From Camelus dromedarius (lineage: Eukaryota): DNA of 64,000 nucleotides. Both the position numbers and the translations under genes were made by a program. The notes beneath the pieces were generated by a model. The model saw only the letters and a list, made by a program, of their open reading frames with translations. It made no database searches and was not told where the DNA came from. Each line of letters opens with the position of its first letter. Within the stretch, counting starts at the first letter, position 1. Below are positions 38,276 through 50,679 of the stretch, piece by piece. The stretch lies in NCBI RefSeq assembly GCF_036321535.1, contig NC_087436.1, positions 40,178,001 to 40,242,000 on the forward strand, in the 5' to 3' direction.

Positions 38276-41200
38276 TTTCTAAACAGCTGAAAAAAAAAAA
38301 AAAAAAGTTACAAACCGTGTTATCATAACACTTAGGCTGAATTTGCTTAAAAATTAATTTAACTCATTAATGAGCATACCAGCAGGATGATAACCTACAT
38401 CCCCAATAAGACATTTTCTAAAGTCTCCCTAGCTCAAGAAGTTAGAATCTAACTAAAGTTGAGATTCCGCGTTTTGATTAATATGAACTATAAACACTAT
38501 ATAACAAATGGTGGTTCTAAAGGATACATGCTCATTAGTAATATAATATTCTAAGATTTCCTTTTTGGCTGCATTATGAATTATGTAACAGCACAATTTT
38601 TCTGTGCAAAATTATCAGTAGAGATGCAAACAATTTAATTATAAATGGAAATTTGGAATGCAACCATTTTTCATTTATAGCTGCTAATCTATAGAGGTAA
38701 ATGGCTATCAGTCAAGAACACAGGTTTATACATATATCTTGATTACTTAGGTTTGAGGACTTTATTTTTCTTTTCACATAACCAACACCAGATTTCATAA
38801 TCAAAATAGGTAGATTCTTTTGTAGTTTCACTGATTTTGCCATATGAAAAAAAATTTTTTTCTGCTGTGATATTTTCATGTGATACTAAGTCTCTAATGT
38901 CTATATCAGTTGCTTATAATTTCTAATTTATTTAAAAATTTATTGTTTGTTTCAGCTGTGAAATTGTACAGTGTAAATTTGTAACTTTTTTGGAGTCAGT
39001 CAGAACCAAAATAGATTTACTGTCTAAGATCAATTTCTATTTGTAGAATTTAATGCTAATGGTAGTATTATATAAAGTAGCTTTTTAAGGATTGCATAGT
39101 TTTAATTAAATATTCTCTTTACTTTTCCAAAAATCTATGGATTTGTTTTTCTTCTCTTTCAGTTTTGAATATCAACATAGGTTAAAGGGATAAACTAAAC
39201 ACACTGAATTACAGTGTAACAATGTGGCAGAGTAAAAGCCATTCAGTGTTAGCATGTAATCTAGGATGAAGAATTCTGTATTCCAAAGAACCATTAGATC
39301 TACATTGCAGGTTCTTCATTGAAATGACTCAGTTGTTTTTCTAAACAGAAAGTTATGAGACTCTTCACTGCATACAATAACGAGGGAAAATCTATTTAGT
39401 GATGGGTAAGGCGTATGTTGTCAGTATCACATATATTTCTGGGGTACATGTCCACATTTCTTCTTTATCATGATTTACTAGGAAATAGACCATCTTAAAT
39501 ATAACTTCACTTTTAAAACTGTTAGACTGACAATTTTCATTTTAAAAATTTCCTTTCTGTCAAGACAACATTTAACCCAGAAAGCTGAGTTCTTTAAGCA
39601 AATAAAAATCACTAAGTGAACTTGGAAATGACCATATCATGTACATAAAATACTGTGTTTCTCCCCTCAAGGGATATTTCAGTGAGAAAATAAATTCTAT
39701 TATTAAGAACCCCAAACACAATTATCTATGGCTTGAGTTTTACAGAACAGAATATATCCATTGGAGGATAAAACCATCAATGTGTACAACTGTAAATTAT
39801 ATATAACATGTAATCTTCATACTTCTGACAACCAAGATGAGATGAAGTAATTTTAAGGCCATTCTCCTATCCTTTTTTGCTTAATTAATAAAGAGTAAGG
39901 TTGCTTATTATTTCTCTTCTAAAATAATAGCAGGATAGAATACTTTCCCAGAAAACTTCTGCATTTCGTAGATATTTTGGAATATGGATAAAGTAACTTT
40001 GAGGAAGGAAATGGCAATTCAAGAATTACATGGTGTAAAATATAGATAGCTTATTATGGTTACTTGTCATCTCAATATTTACAAAAACTATCTCAGTATA
40101 TTTTACATAGTATGTAAAAATCAATACAAAAGATAAACATTGTTAAAGGATTTATCCACAAATTTGAAACCTCATTTGGGTCGTCATCATCATGGTATCT
40201 GTTACGCTAAAAGCTTTCTTATCTGCATTATTATTTTACAGTATTTTACACCCTCAAATCTGCTCTTAAATGTTCTCTAGGCGATAATTCACTGTGTACA
40301 GCTGACTTCAAATACAGGATTTATTCCCTTGCATGAGTTACAAAAATAAAAGACAGACAAATACCTTTTTAGCCGAATTCCAGAACACAAGGCAGAAAAT
40401 AAAATATATCTACAATCCCTATAGTTTCTTGTAGATCTATGAAGATCTGTTTCAGAAGATTTATACATACAATGGGTCATAGAGGCCATTCATCTTTTTA
40501 TTTGACAGATGTAAAGAACATAGATAGCCTAGGGAAATATGATTTATTTTCAGTATCATATAGCTAAAGAAATTCTTGTTATTCCCAGGGGATGCTCTCT
40601 CCACTACACTGTTACTCCACCTCCCACTCAAGAGTTAAAACAGCAGCAGCCAGTGATCCCAAGTGCTTAGGTGTACACTCTATCTACGCTTCATTTTTTT
40701 ATAATAATGCATGATGTTTTGCACCACTTAATATATAATATTGATAACCATCTATAGTTATATTCGTAATTTATATACATAGTCAGAAGTTTAATAAGAG
40801 GCTATCAAATGAATACCTTACAATTTAATGATTCAAAGAATGCTTACATAATGTAAAGGTTTTCGTATACTGAAGACCATTACTGTATTAGCCTCTAATG
40901 TTATAAAGAAAATTTACTAGTCCAGAGATTTAAAGAGTAAATTGCATATACAGAACAAAAAAATGAATATTTGAAAAATTCATTCTCTAAAGTGTATAGT
41001 TTGTAACACTTCTTATTACCTTAGTTCATTCACTGTTTATTCTTTTAATAGCAAATATATAATGTACATTTTGAAATGGAAAGAACACAGGGTACAAAAT
41101 AATGAAATTCTTACAATTACATTTTATGATTATGATCTTTGTTTCAACTATAATTTAACATTTTAACTATATCCACCTCTTTTCATTTCTAAAAGATGTC

Positions 41201-41610
41201 CTTAATTTTTTATTACTAAAATTTACTAAAGTGTTTTTTCATTGCAATTTAAAATAGCTGGCTATAAATTTTAATATAATTTCTCAGTGACAAACTTGGA
41301 GTATATAAAAATTATCAAATTAGTTAGCTCACACATCACACCTTGCTTCCACTGAGGATACTCAGTATTCTCTTTGGTCTGTTTAGAAGATTTCCACAAT
41401 TTTTCTTTTATTGTATTTGAATCATTACTTCCTTTATTACTTTTATGTAGCTTCAGTAAATAATGCGTAAGAATTCTCCCTGGTGTTACAGTTTAGACAT
41501 TTGTTCTTCCTACATGGTGTCCCTGTTGGGAGTATGGAGACCTGACTTTTTAAAAGCATATGCATGATCTCATTATTTCTTCAACTACATTTTCAAAATG
41601 TATTCCTGTT

Positions 41611-41658
41611 CATTATACTGTAGCACCAAACCATCATTATACTGTAGCACCAAACCAT
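41611..41658. repeat. Perfect 24-bp tandem duplication
   Basis: cattatactgtagcaccaaaccat twice (41611-41634, 41635-41658). Confidence 0.97.
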
Positions 41659-41886
41659 CTATGAAGAATAGACTTTGGATAATCAAATTTTAAAAACCAT
41701 GGAATATAAGAAAAAAGAAATCCTGCAACATGGTCCTCTTGTAGCTTCTAAATATTAAAGCCAAACATCATTTAGTCATGCGTCCACACACATGGGCACA
41801 CATACATATGCACACATGTGTCTTATATTGAAAATGTTGTTGCTCTTTTTAACTGAAAAAAGATTCTCTTGCAATTAACATTCTGT

Positions 41887-42448
41887 TGTGGCAGACTCTG
41901 AGATGGACTCCAGTGAGCTCAACCTTCTGGCATTCAAGCTCTTGTATATTCCCTTCCCCTGATGTGGGGTAACTTGCTTCTTAAGATAGACTATGGCAAA
42001 GGGGCCACTTCTGTGATTAGGCTGAAGGAGATTTATAACTTCCATCTAGCAAGTTCTCTTTATACTCTTTCCCTTGCTGGTTTGATGAAGCAAGTTGCCA
42101 TGCCAGTGAGGCCCATGTGGCAAGGAACTAAAGGTGGCCACTTGTCAACAGCCAGCTGGGTTTTGAAAAAAAATGATATCCTCAGTCCAACAGCCCAAAA
42201 TCAAGTGAATCCTGGCCAACCACCATGTAAGTGAGTTTGGAATTGAACCCTTCACCAATCAGGCCTTCAGATGAGACCCAAGGCCTGGTGATACCTTGAC
42301 TGAGCTTCATGAGAGACCCTGAACCCAAGGACAAAGCTAAGCTATATCCAGATTCCTGACACACAAATACTGTGAAATTATAACTGCGTATCATGTTAAG
42401 CCCTTAAGTGTGTTATGGTTTTTTCACATAGCACACATAACAAATACA
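41887..42448 (+). mobile_element. Complete solo MaLR LTR (MLT1E/F-like)
   Basis: tgtggcagactctgagatgg...gaggcccatgtggcaaggaact...agattcctgacacacaaatactgtga...ataacaaataca; TG...CA ends. Confidence 0.85.
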
Positions 42449-45400
42449 CTTGTTTCACACTAGAGTTTTGGAAGGAAATCCATCAGTTTTATCCACTGTT
42501 TATCATGTCCACGCTAGCTTTTTGGTGTTTAGTCATTTTAAAATGAATCATCTCTTTTTAAGTTGTAAAACAGGGAAGTAATCACTATCATTATATTGGA
42601 AAAATCATGTGTATAATTTATTAATGTGGTTGGGTCCCTATTAAGAGAAATTTGATGAACAGGTTTCATTCCCATACTGTAAAATTCTTAAAACTTCGAT
42701 TACAAAGAGCATATAATTTACGGGTATTAAAAGAAAATATACTTTCCTGGAGCTGAACAGATTCAGGCTTAATTTAATGGAGAGGGAGAAATAAATACTT
42801 GGAGTGCAGCCTGTCATAGTACTTTTCACAGTTGAGGTATACCTTTATGATACTGAATCTTGCTAGGAATGCCAGTCACCAAGTGTATGATGGCTTGTAG
42901 AGAGCTTTATTATTCAGTGATATTAAGAAACATGGATGTTCTTATCAAAGTCCAGCAGTTTTGCAGAAATTGAATATACTATTAATCAAAAATGCTGAAT
43001 CATTGATTTCTTTCACATTCTTGCTAATCCATTATGTTCAGTCTTGGATCTCCTATCTTAATTTAGTCTGTGTATGATAAATTTAATGCTCCACTTGAAA
43101 ATATATGGAATTTTAATAGATGGTGTTTCACAATTGGTTGATTCACTAAGTGGTTTAAAAATGCACGTACACCAGAACACGAATGCTGGACAATATATAA
43201 AAGTGCTCAGCTTTATCACTGAGAAAATTCTACTTTTAAGATGGGAAAATCTGGCTCAGGGAAAAATTCAACTTCTTTAAAACTGTTTATGTTATACAAA
43301 AGAAATTATCCTCCAAAAGGAGAAAAGTCTCAAAGGTAAAAATGTGCATGCCTAGTACAAGGTATCTCAATGGAAATGGACAAGGGGAACTGGCTGGCAG
43401 CCATCTGAATGACCCTTAATGGTATGCAGTCAAAACAAGTATGCGTCAGATCAAGGGATTTGCATGTGTTATTTATTATATAGGGAATTATTTAATCACA
43501 TTATCTGGTAGTTATTCATTCCATATTTAATCACAGTGGACTTACACCACCCCAAAAGCTATTATATATGTTGGCTTATATTCTGGTCTCAAAAACCTCA
43601 CCATCTGGAGGGAGAAATGTTAAAGATTTGCACGAGCTACTAGGCATTTTTAGATTATGAGCACATAATTTATGGTGGGGATTCCCTCATTTTTCTTGCT
43701 AAGTAGCTTTTTAAGCAGATCAGACTAATTGTGTGAGGGGGTATAGGTATGAATAAAAATATTAAATATTCTTGATGTTTACCATAAAAGAACAAAATGA
43801 ATAATCGAACTCCAATAAAGGGGAATAAGAAATTCAAATGAGGTTTAAGAAATGGAAATATTATAGTAAAAACAAATTCAGAAAAGTTGGCCATCATTTT
43901 GGTAAGAAGAATTAAACTTCAAATGGGACAGAAATATTGTAACATTTTATTCCTTAAACTTACTAGTCAGGGAGAGATTTAATTATAATGTTGCCAACTC
44001 TCACTGTTCTCGTTAATGAGATCTCTGAATTTTCGATACAGAAAGACAAAGACAGGTCCTCATCCTGACTTTCACAGAGAAAATAAAATGGAAGATGAAG
44101 GTGCAAAGTTGATGTCTGTCTTTGGGACCTTACTCTCGTTGCATTTCCCACCACGTCCCTTGCATTCTCATCCTAGTCCTTGTTCCTGTGCTCCATCTTC
44201 TGTTTCCTGACGTTCCCACCTGGTTGGAAGGAGTCACCACAGAGTCCTCCACAACATCTGACCTACCAAGGTTTATTTATCCCCATAACACATTTTTTTC
44301 CTTCTAAAAATTATTCTATTCATTGCTTCAAGTTCAGGTCTGCTTTTTCTTTCAAATAATTTTTCTTCAACTGAGAAATAAAACCCACATGAACTCCTGA
44401 ATTCACAAGTACCTCTATGCATAAGTCATTCTTTGCCTCCCAAGTTTTGAACATAGCCTTTTGATGAAATTGTGTACCACGTTTGTAGTTTAGTATTAAG
44501 AAATGACCATAGATGATAGTTATATGTACTGTAGGAAGAGAAAAATGTGTAACAGTAGACCAATGGAGAACAATATATTGGTACAGAAAAAGTGACATGA
44601 CATATTTTAAATTCATCTATTTGACCACACCTTGATTTGGCTCAGTGATTAATAAACAAACAAAAAACGGGTTGTCTATAAGCTTAAAAAAGGATTATCA
44701 TCTATGAATCAATTGCATTCGTTACAGAAAAAATAATTACAAGTTACCAAATTCACAAAGTAATTTGATCAGAGTATTAATTGTTGACAATAAAGTTGTT
44801 ATCTACAAAAGAGATAAATTTTCAAATGATCAATTTCGATCTTTTATATGCTAAATGTTAATTTATAAAGTTTACTTTAAATATCATAAGAGTAAGGTAA
44901 AGCACACATTTGCTAATATATATTTTCAGATATATGTGTATATTTTCAGATATATATATATAAAAGACAATTGAATAGAAACCTGGAAAATAGAATAGAG
45001 GGTAAAAATTTATATGAGATGACTATGAAGCCTTTTTATAATCTGTAATGTCTAGTATTGCAAACTCCCTTTCAAGCAGTTTTCTGTGCACTCGAGTACA
45101 CACATCAAATATTAGTGAAAATTTTTTATAGATTAAAAAATCTAAATTTAGTTAGCTTAATGCCAACTAACTAGTTCAACTGAATTTTCTACTTAGTTCC
45201 CTTGTTTTGACATTCTAGTAAACATTTGCTTTTAATTCTATTACTGTGAAGAAGAAAATGGGGGATGAAGAAAAAATGATTCACATCCATTATATTTTCA
45301 AAAAATACTTTAAAAAATTTTTTTATAGCTTCAGAAGCTCTTCTTGACTTTTAATAACATCACTTTTCTTGCTCATTTTTGATATTTCATGCATTTTTTT

Positions 45401-47199
45401 CTTGTCCCTATTGTCTTCTTGAATCCCTTCTGAGGAGTAAAAGTGTTTCCCAAATAAAAGAGGCTTTTCAGAACAGGCTGACAGATGGTTTTTAAAAAGG
45501 CTTCCTCAAGTATGTTGGGTAAATTAATGAAGGTCAATATTCTTCCTAAGAGGCCAAAAGCTTTTTAGACCTTTAGGAATACTTCAGTTCCTAAAACTAT
45601 CTTGGAATATTTTCAGGTTTGTATAATTACTTTCACAGTGGTGTTCTTATTCATATTACTCTCTTACTGCCTGTAGACCCAGCTGAGAGTATTGCTCCTG
45701 AATGAGACATCTTGTCTCCTCTACAGAAAATCATACTCAACAATTTAGCAACAGCCTAGGGATTTTGTAGAATTTAAAGAAAATAATTTATTTTCCTCTA
45801 CTGGTTAGTGAGATGAGAGGTGAGAAAGAGCAGCTAGAAGTTTTGAGGAAAAGCCCTCCCATTTTGTTTCTGAGAGATGGAAAATCACTTTCTATGAGGA
45901 ATTCAGGAAGCCCTAGAACAGTTGCTTTAGAAGTTCTGTCATCAAAATCACATTTTCCCATTGACTTATTTTGTACCCTTCCTGCAAATTCATATGCAAG
46001 GATGAGACTGTTGTTCTGTTCATAATTACTTAATTTACAGCAGTGATAGTCAAATGATCCCGAACATAGTGAGTTATACTTATCTTTTAGTTATCCCATC
46101 TAGGACAAAGAAGAAGAAACTAGTCCGTGGTCATAACACCACAAAATGCATGCACACGCACACACACCAAGGAATGAGAAACTGGTGAGGAAATTAGTCA
46201 TGCTTCACTAAATTTTCCATTTTTTTTAGTACACTCAATAGTGACACATTGGATTTTCAATAATTAAGTATGTGTTAAATATTGAAGCGTATCATAACAC
46301 ACTCCAATAAATTTTATACTAGATATTATACCTATGGCTTACCCATTCCTAAAACAAATTGATTGAGGTTCTTGTTCTTGAAATTGCCACTGAATACACT
46401 TGATATAATTTTGTTTCTGTCTTTCTGAGACTAAGACCTTCCAGATAGAGAAGACAGAACATTAAAAAGAGGAATGAATTTGGGGAACAATTTCCTTCAC
46501 TTTTTCCTGTGATATTTCTAAGTTTTAGTCCCCAATAGATGTCATATCAGGTGCTTAGCCATAATTGGTGTCCAATATTTTATAAATGAGTTGATTATTT
46601 ATAATGGGAGGGAAAATGCATTTTCTCAATGATAGGGTGCTCATAATTTTGTTAGCTACCTGAAACTTTGGTTAGCAATGATATATTTAGAAATACTTAA
46701 ATTTGGCAGGGAAAAAACAATATTACTCATTATTTATCTTTAAAAAATTGATTAAGCATTGCCTGATTGTCAGGCTAGTTATCATTAGAAAAAGTTACCC
46801 TATGGGAGGCAAAATTATCTTTAAATATCTTAAAATCTCAAATTTTTATTATTTATCTCGATAAAATGTTTGTTTTAGCTGTAGTTACAAGATCAAGACT
46901 CAAAAAGTAGATTCAGGAGACCAAATAGTATGAGCAAATAGACAACTTGCAGTATCTTTGGCATTGCCTTGTTTTCTGATATTTTTCTATTTTGATCTTG
47001 GCCTCTCAAGCAGATAAGCTTTTTAAATATTTCTAGTATTTTTAAAGTAATGCTTGATAATTTGAACTTATTTTTAGACAGAGATGCACTTCTCTTAATT
47101 CATTTAAAACAAAAATTTGGAACATTCTCTCAAAAAGGCTATATGCTAGACACTAAATTACCTTCTAATTAATGCTCATTTTAATGCTAGTTTCTACAT

Positions 47200-47404
47200 G
47201 AAGGGTCAACAAACTACAGCCCAGTTTTATTTTTAAGTAAAATTTTCTGGCAGCACAGCTACGTTCGCTTAATTAAATATTGCCTACGACTGATTTCCGG
47301 CTAAAAACAGCAGATTTGAGTGGTTGCCATAGCAACTGTGCACCCCCTCCCCCCCAAAGCTGAGCCTATTACCTGGCTCTTTACATACAATTTGTCAGCC
47401 CTTG
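47200..47404 (+). mobile_element. MER58A-like non-autonomous hAT-Charlie DNA transposon
   Basis: Decayed inverted ends agggtcaacaaact / aatttgtcagcccttg; internal cagcagatttgagtggttgc and ctggctctttaca match the MER58A layout. Confidence 0.8.
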
Positions 47405-47524
47405 TTTTATACCATTAATTTGACAATGCTAAAGTCAGATTTAACTACGTATTTGATTAAACTTATTATATTGTCAAAAAAGAGGGGTAAATTTTAATAT
47501 ACTTGTTTATATTTAAACAACAGT

Positions 47525-48970
47525 ATAGAGAGCCCAGAAATAAACCCACAAACTTTTGGTCAAGTAATCTTTGACAAAGGACAAAGGACAAAGGAGGCAA
47601 GAACATGCAATGGAGTAAAGACAGTCTTCAGCAAATGGTGTTGAGATAACTGAACAGCAACATGTAAATCAATGAAGTTAGAACACTCCCTCACACCATA
47701 CCCAAAAATGAACTCAAAGTGGCTCAAAGACTTAAACATAAGGCAAGACACTAAAAACCTCTTAGAAGAAAACATAGGCAAAGCATTATCTGACATAAAT
47801 CTTAGCAATGTTCTCCTATGGCAGTCTACCCAGGCAATAGAAGTAAAAGCAAAAATAAACAAATGGGACCTAATTAAACCTATAAGCTTTTGTACAGCAA
47901 AGGAAACCACAAGCAAAACAAAAAGACAACCTACAGAGAAGGAGAAAGTATTTGCAAAAGAGGAGACAGATAAGGGCCTAATTTCCAGGATATATAAACA
48001 GCTCATACAACTTAATAACAAAAACCAAACAACCCAATCCAAAAATGAGCAGAAGACCTAAACAAGCATTTCTCCAGATGTACAAATGGCCGATTGGCAC
48101 ATGAAAAAAATGCTCAATATTGCTAATTATCAGAGAAATGCAAATCAAAACTACAATGAGACATCACCTCACACCAGTCAGAATGGCCATTATTCAAAAG
48201 TCCAGAAACAATAAATGCTGTAAAGGCTGTGGAGAAAAAGGAGCCCTTCTACACTGTTGGACTGTTGCTGGGAATATAGTTTGGTGTAGCCGTTACGGAA
48301 AATAGTAAGGAAATCCCTCAAAAGACTAAAAATAGACTTACCATATGATCCAACAATCCCACTCCTGGGCATGTATCCAGAGGAACCTTAACTCAAAAAG
48401 ATACATGCACTCCAATGTTCATAGCAGCCCTATTTACAATAGCCAAGACATGGAGACACACCAAATGTCCATTGACAGATGACTGGATAAAGAAGTTGTG
48501 GTATATTTATACAATGTAATACTACTCAGCCATAAAAGATAATAAAATAATGCCATTTGCAGCAACTTGGATGGATCTGGAGAATGTCACTCTAAGTGAT
48601 GTAAGTTAGAAGGAGAAAGAAAAATGCCATATGATATCACTTATACTTGGAATCTAAAAAAAAAAAAAAAAAGGCAATTTACAAAACTGAAACAGATTCA
48701 CAGACATAGAAAGCAAGCTTATGGCTACCGGAGCAGGAGTGGGTGGGAAGGGGTAAATTGGGTGTTTGAGATTTGCAGATATTAACTAGTATATATAAAA
48801 TAAACAAGTTTACACGTTATAGCACAAGGAACTATATTCAATATCTTGTAGTAACTTATGGTGAAAAAGAATATGAAAATGAATATATGTATGTTCACAT
48901 ATGAGTGAAGCATTATGCTGTACACCAGAAACTTACATTATAAACAGACTATACTTCAATTTTAAAAATA
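47525..48970 (+). mobile_element. Younger 5'-truncated LINE-1 (ORF2 C-terminus plus 3'UTR)
   Basis: ORF 47672-48061 (MKLEHSLTPYPKMNSKWLKDLNIR...KINKWDLIK); 3' end gactatacttcaattttaaaaa. Confidence 0.93.
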
Positions 48971-49639
48971 TACCAAAAATTCCAATAGCATCTATGCCTA
49001 AATAAAACTAATGCAAAACTATACTTTATAGCACCACCTTTCTCAGTTAACTAGAGAGAAAACTATGAATTATCTTAGATTAAATGACTTTCAAATAACT
49101 AACAACTGTGTACATACAAATTAAACATTTATTTAAGCAATCTAATTACAAGTGTTACCCAGATGTCTTATTGATTTGACCAACACATTTAATTGTATGT
49201 TTCTTTAGCTTTTGCTGCCTAGAGCAATTGCAAAAATCTTTAAAAGGAATTTGCTAATCATAAATGTCCAGAATAACATTTCCTGAATAGATAGATGCTG
49301 ATCTTATGCAAATACATGACTCATTCCAGGTTCAACTAGGAACATGTATATACTTTATCTCAAAGAACATTTAAATTAGTTAATATAGTCAACACCCCAT
49401 AACTCAAGTTAGTGAGACATTAGGCTTACAGGTGAGGTTATTATTAATTTTATATCCCATTTCTACTAAAAAGCCACTATTTTCTGCTCATTTGAACTAG
49501 TTAAAAGTAACAATCATGACCCCACAAAGACCAAACTGGCAGAGTGCTGTTTTTTAGCACATAAGTAGCTTTTTTTTTTTTTTTTTAAAGTATCTGTCTT
49601 TGAAGATTATTTCACACAAAGTCTAAGTCTCAATCTTAC

Positions 49640-49739
49640 CCACAGAGCGTCTGCACAATGCCATGTATATAAATTAAATGCTGTGGTAACAAAAAGATGG
49701 TGGAGAGAAATATGCAAATAAGTGATTTGATGATCATGC
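49640..49739 (-). CDS. Candidate coding exon 2 (phase 1-2, 100 nt), signal-peptide or signal-anchor-like
   Basis: Acceptor ttttcatttcag, donor TGG|gtaaga; in frame with exon 1 it gives MAG-MIIKSLICIFLSTIFLLPQHLIYIHGIVQTLCG. Confidence 0.5.
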
Positions 49740-50679
49740 CTGAAATGAAAACGATTCTGTAAAATAAATGTCAGCATGAGTGTTGATTTTGCAGACTTCT
49801 GAAGTACTTTATCTGTTTTACCAAAACTCTCATTTAAAAATTTTTATGTGATGTAAATGTTTTCTCATTATTGCTAAATTAGAAGATGATCTTAACAGAA
49901 CTGAAATTGTTCAATTTCCTTCAATTTAGTTCATTACCTTTATATGGAGACACTGTCACTCTCCCTGTTGCACACAGTTGCTTATCAATCTGTAAAGTCA
50001 TTTAAACAACCTACTTACTGACTTGATGTATCAACACTTTGAATAACATTATTTTGGATGCACACCATATTATGTCAGGGACCCCAAGTATCAGTGAAGG
50101 AAGACGCATAAAGAAAAAATGTCATTTTGCAAGAAAAATTAAGTGGATTGGCAAAGAAAGACAAAAGTATGCAATTTATTTTAAAATACCTTTGATATTA
50201 TGTAGATTATGTATTTTTTTTCTAGATGACAAAAAAGTTTTGGTCAAAATGGTTTTTGAATCACTCGATTCTGAACTCTTATCTAAAATGTTCTTTATGG
50301 GGCTAGGAAAATGGCAATCGTTCACAATCTGTATTAAACAAATCTGTAAATGATCACATTTGTAAAAGAAATTCAGATAATCTTCCTAAAAAGAAATTCA
50401 GAAATTTCTATCTATAATGACAGTGTCAATGTTTCATTCTCAGTTCCTTTGAATTCCTAAAATACCTTTAGCTATTTCAGATATAAAATGGTCTATGGAT
50501 CTATAAATTCAAAAAAAAAAAATAAAGGAACATTATTTCAACTCTGGCAAGAAATTATTTTTTCTAAGGCCTAGTATTGTCAAATAGTAAAATCACTATT
50601 CTGCTGCTATTCTGATAATATGTCTGTTGACTGAATAAAATTCAGATTATCAATCAGTAGCCCAGTGCTAATCACTGCA

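Noticed and set aside
46343..46348. Possible 6-nt minus-strand microexon GAATGG (ttgttttag / gtaagc), phase-compatible with exon 2
   Set aside because: Too short to distinguish from chance without transcript data.
33050..49660. Resemblance of QTLCG-LQWYLDDLQY to the insulin/IGF B chain (ETLCGAELVDALQF)
   Set aside because: The second B-chain cysteine is missing, no A chain was found, and insulin-family genes have no intron at this position.
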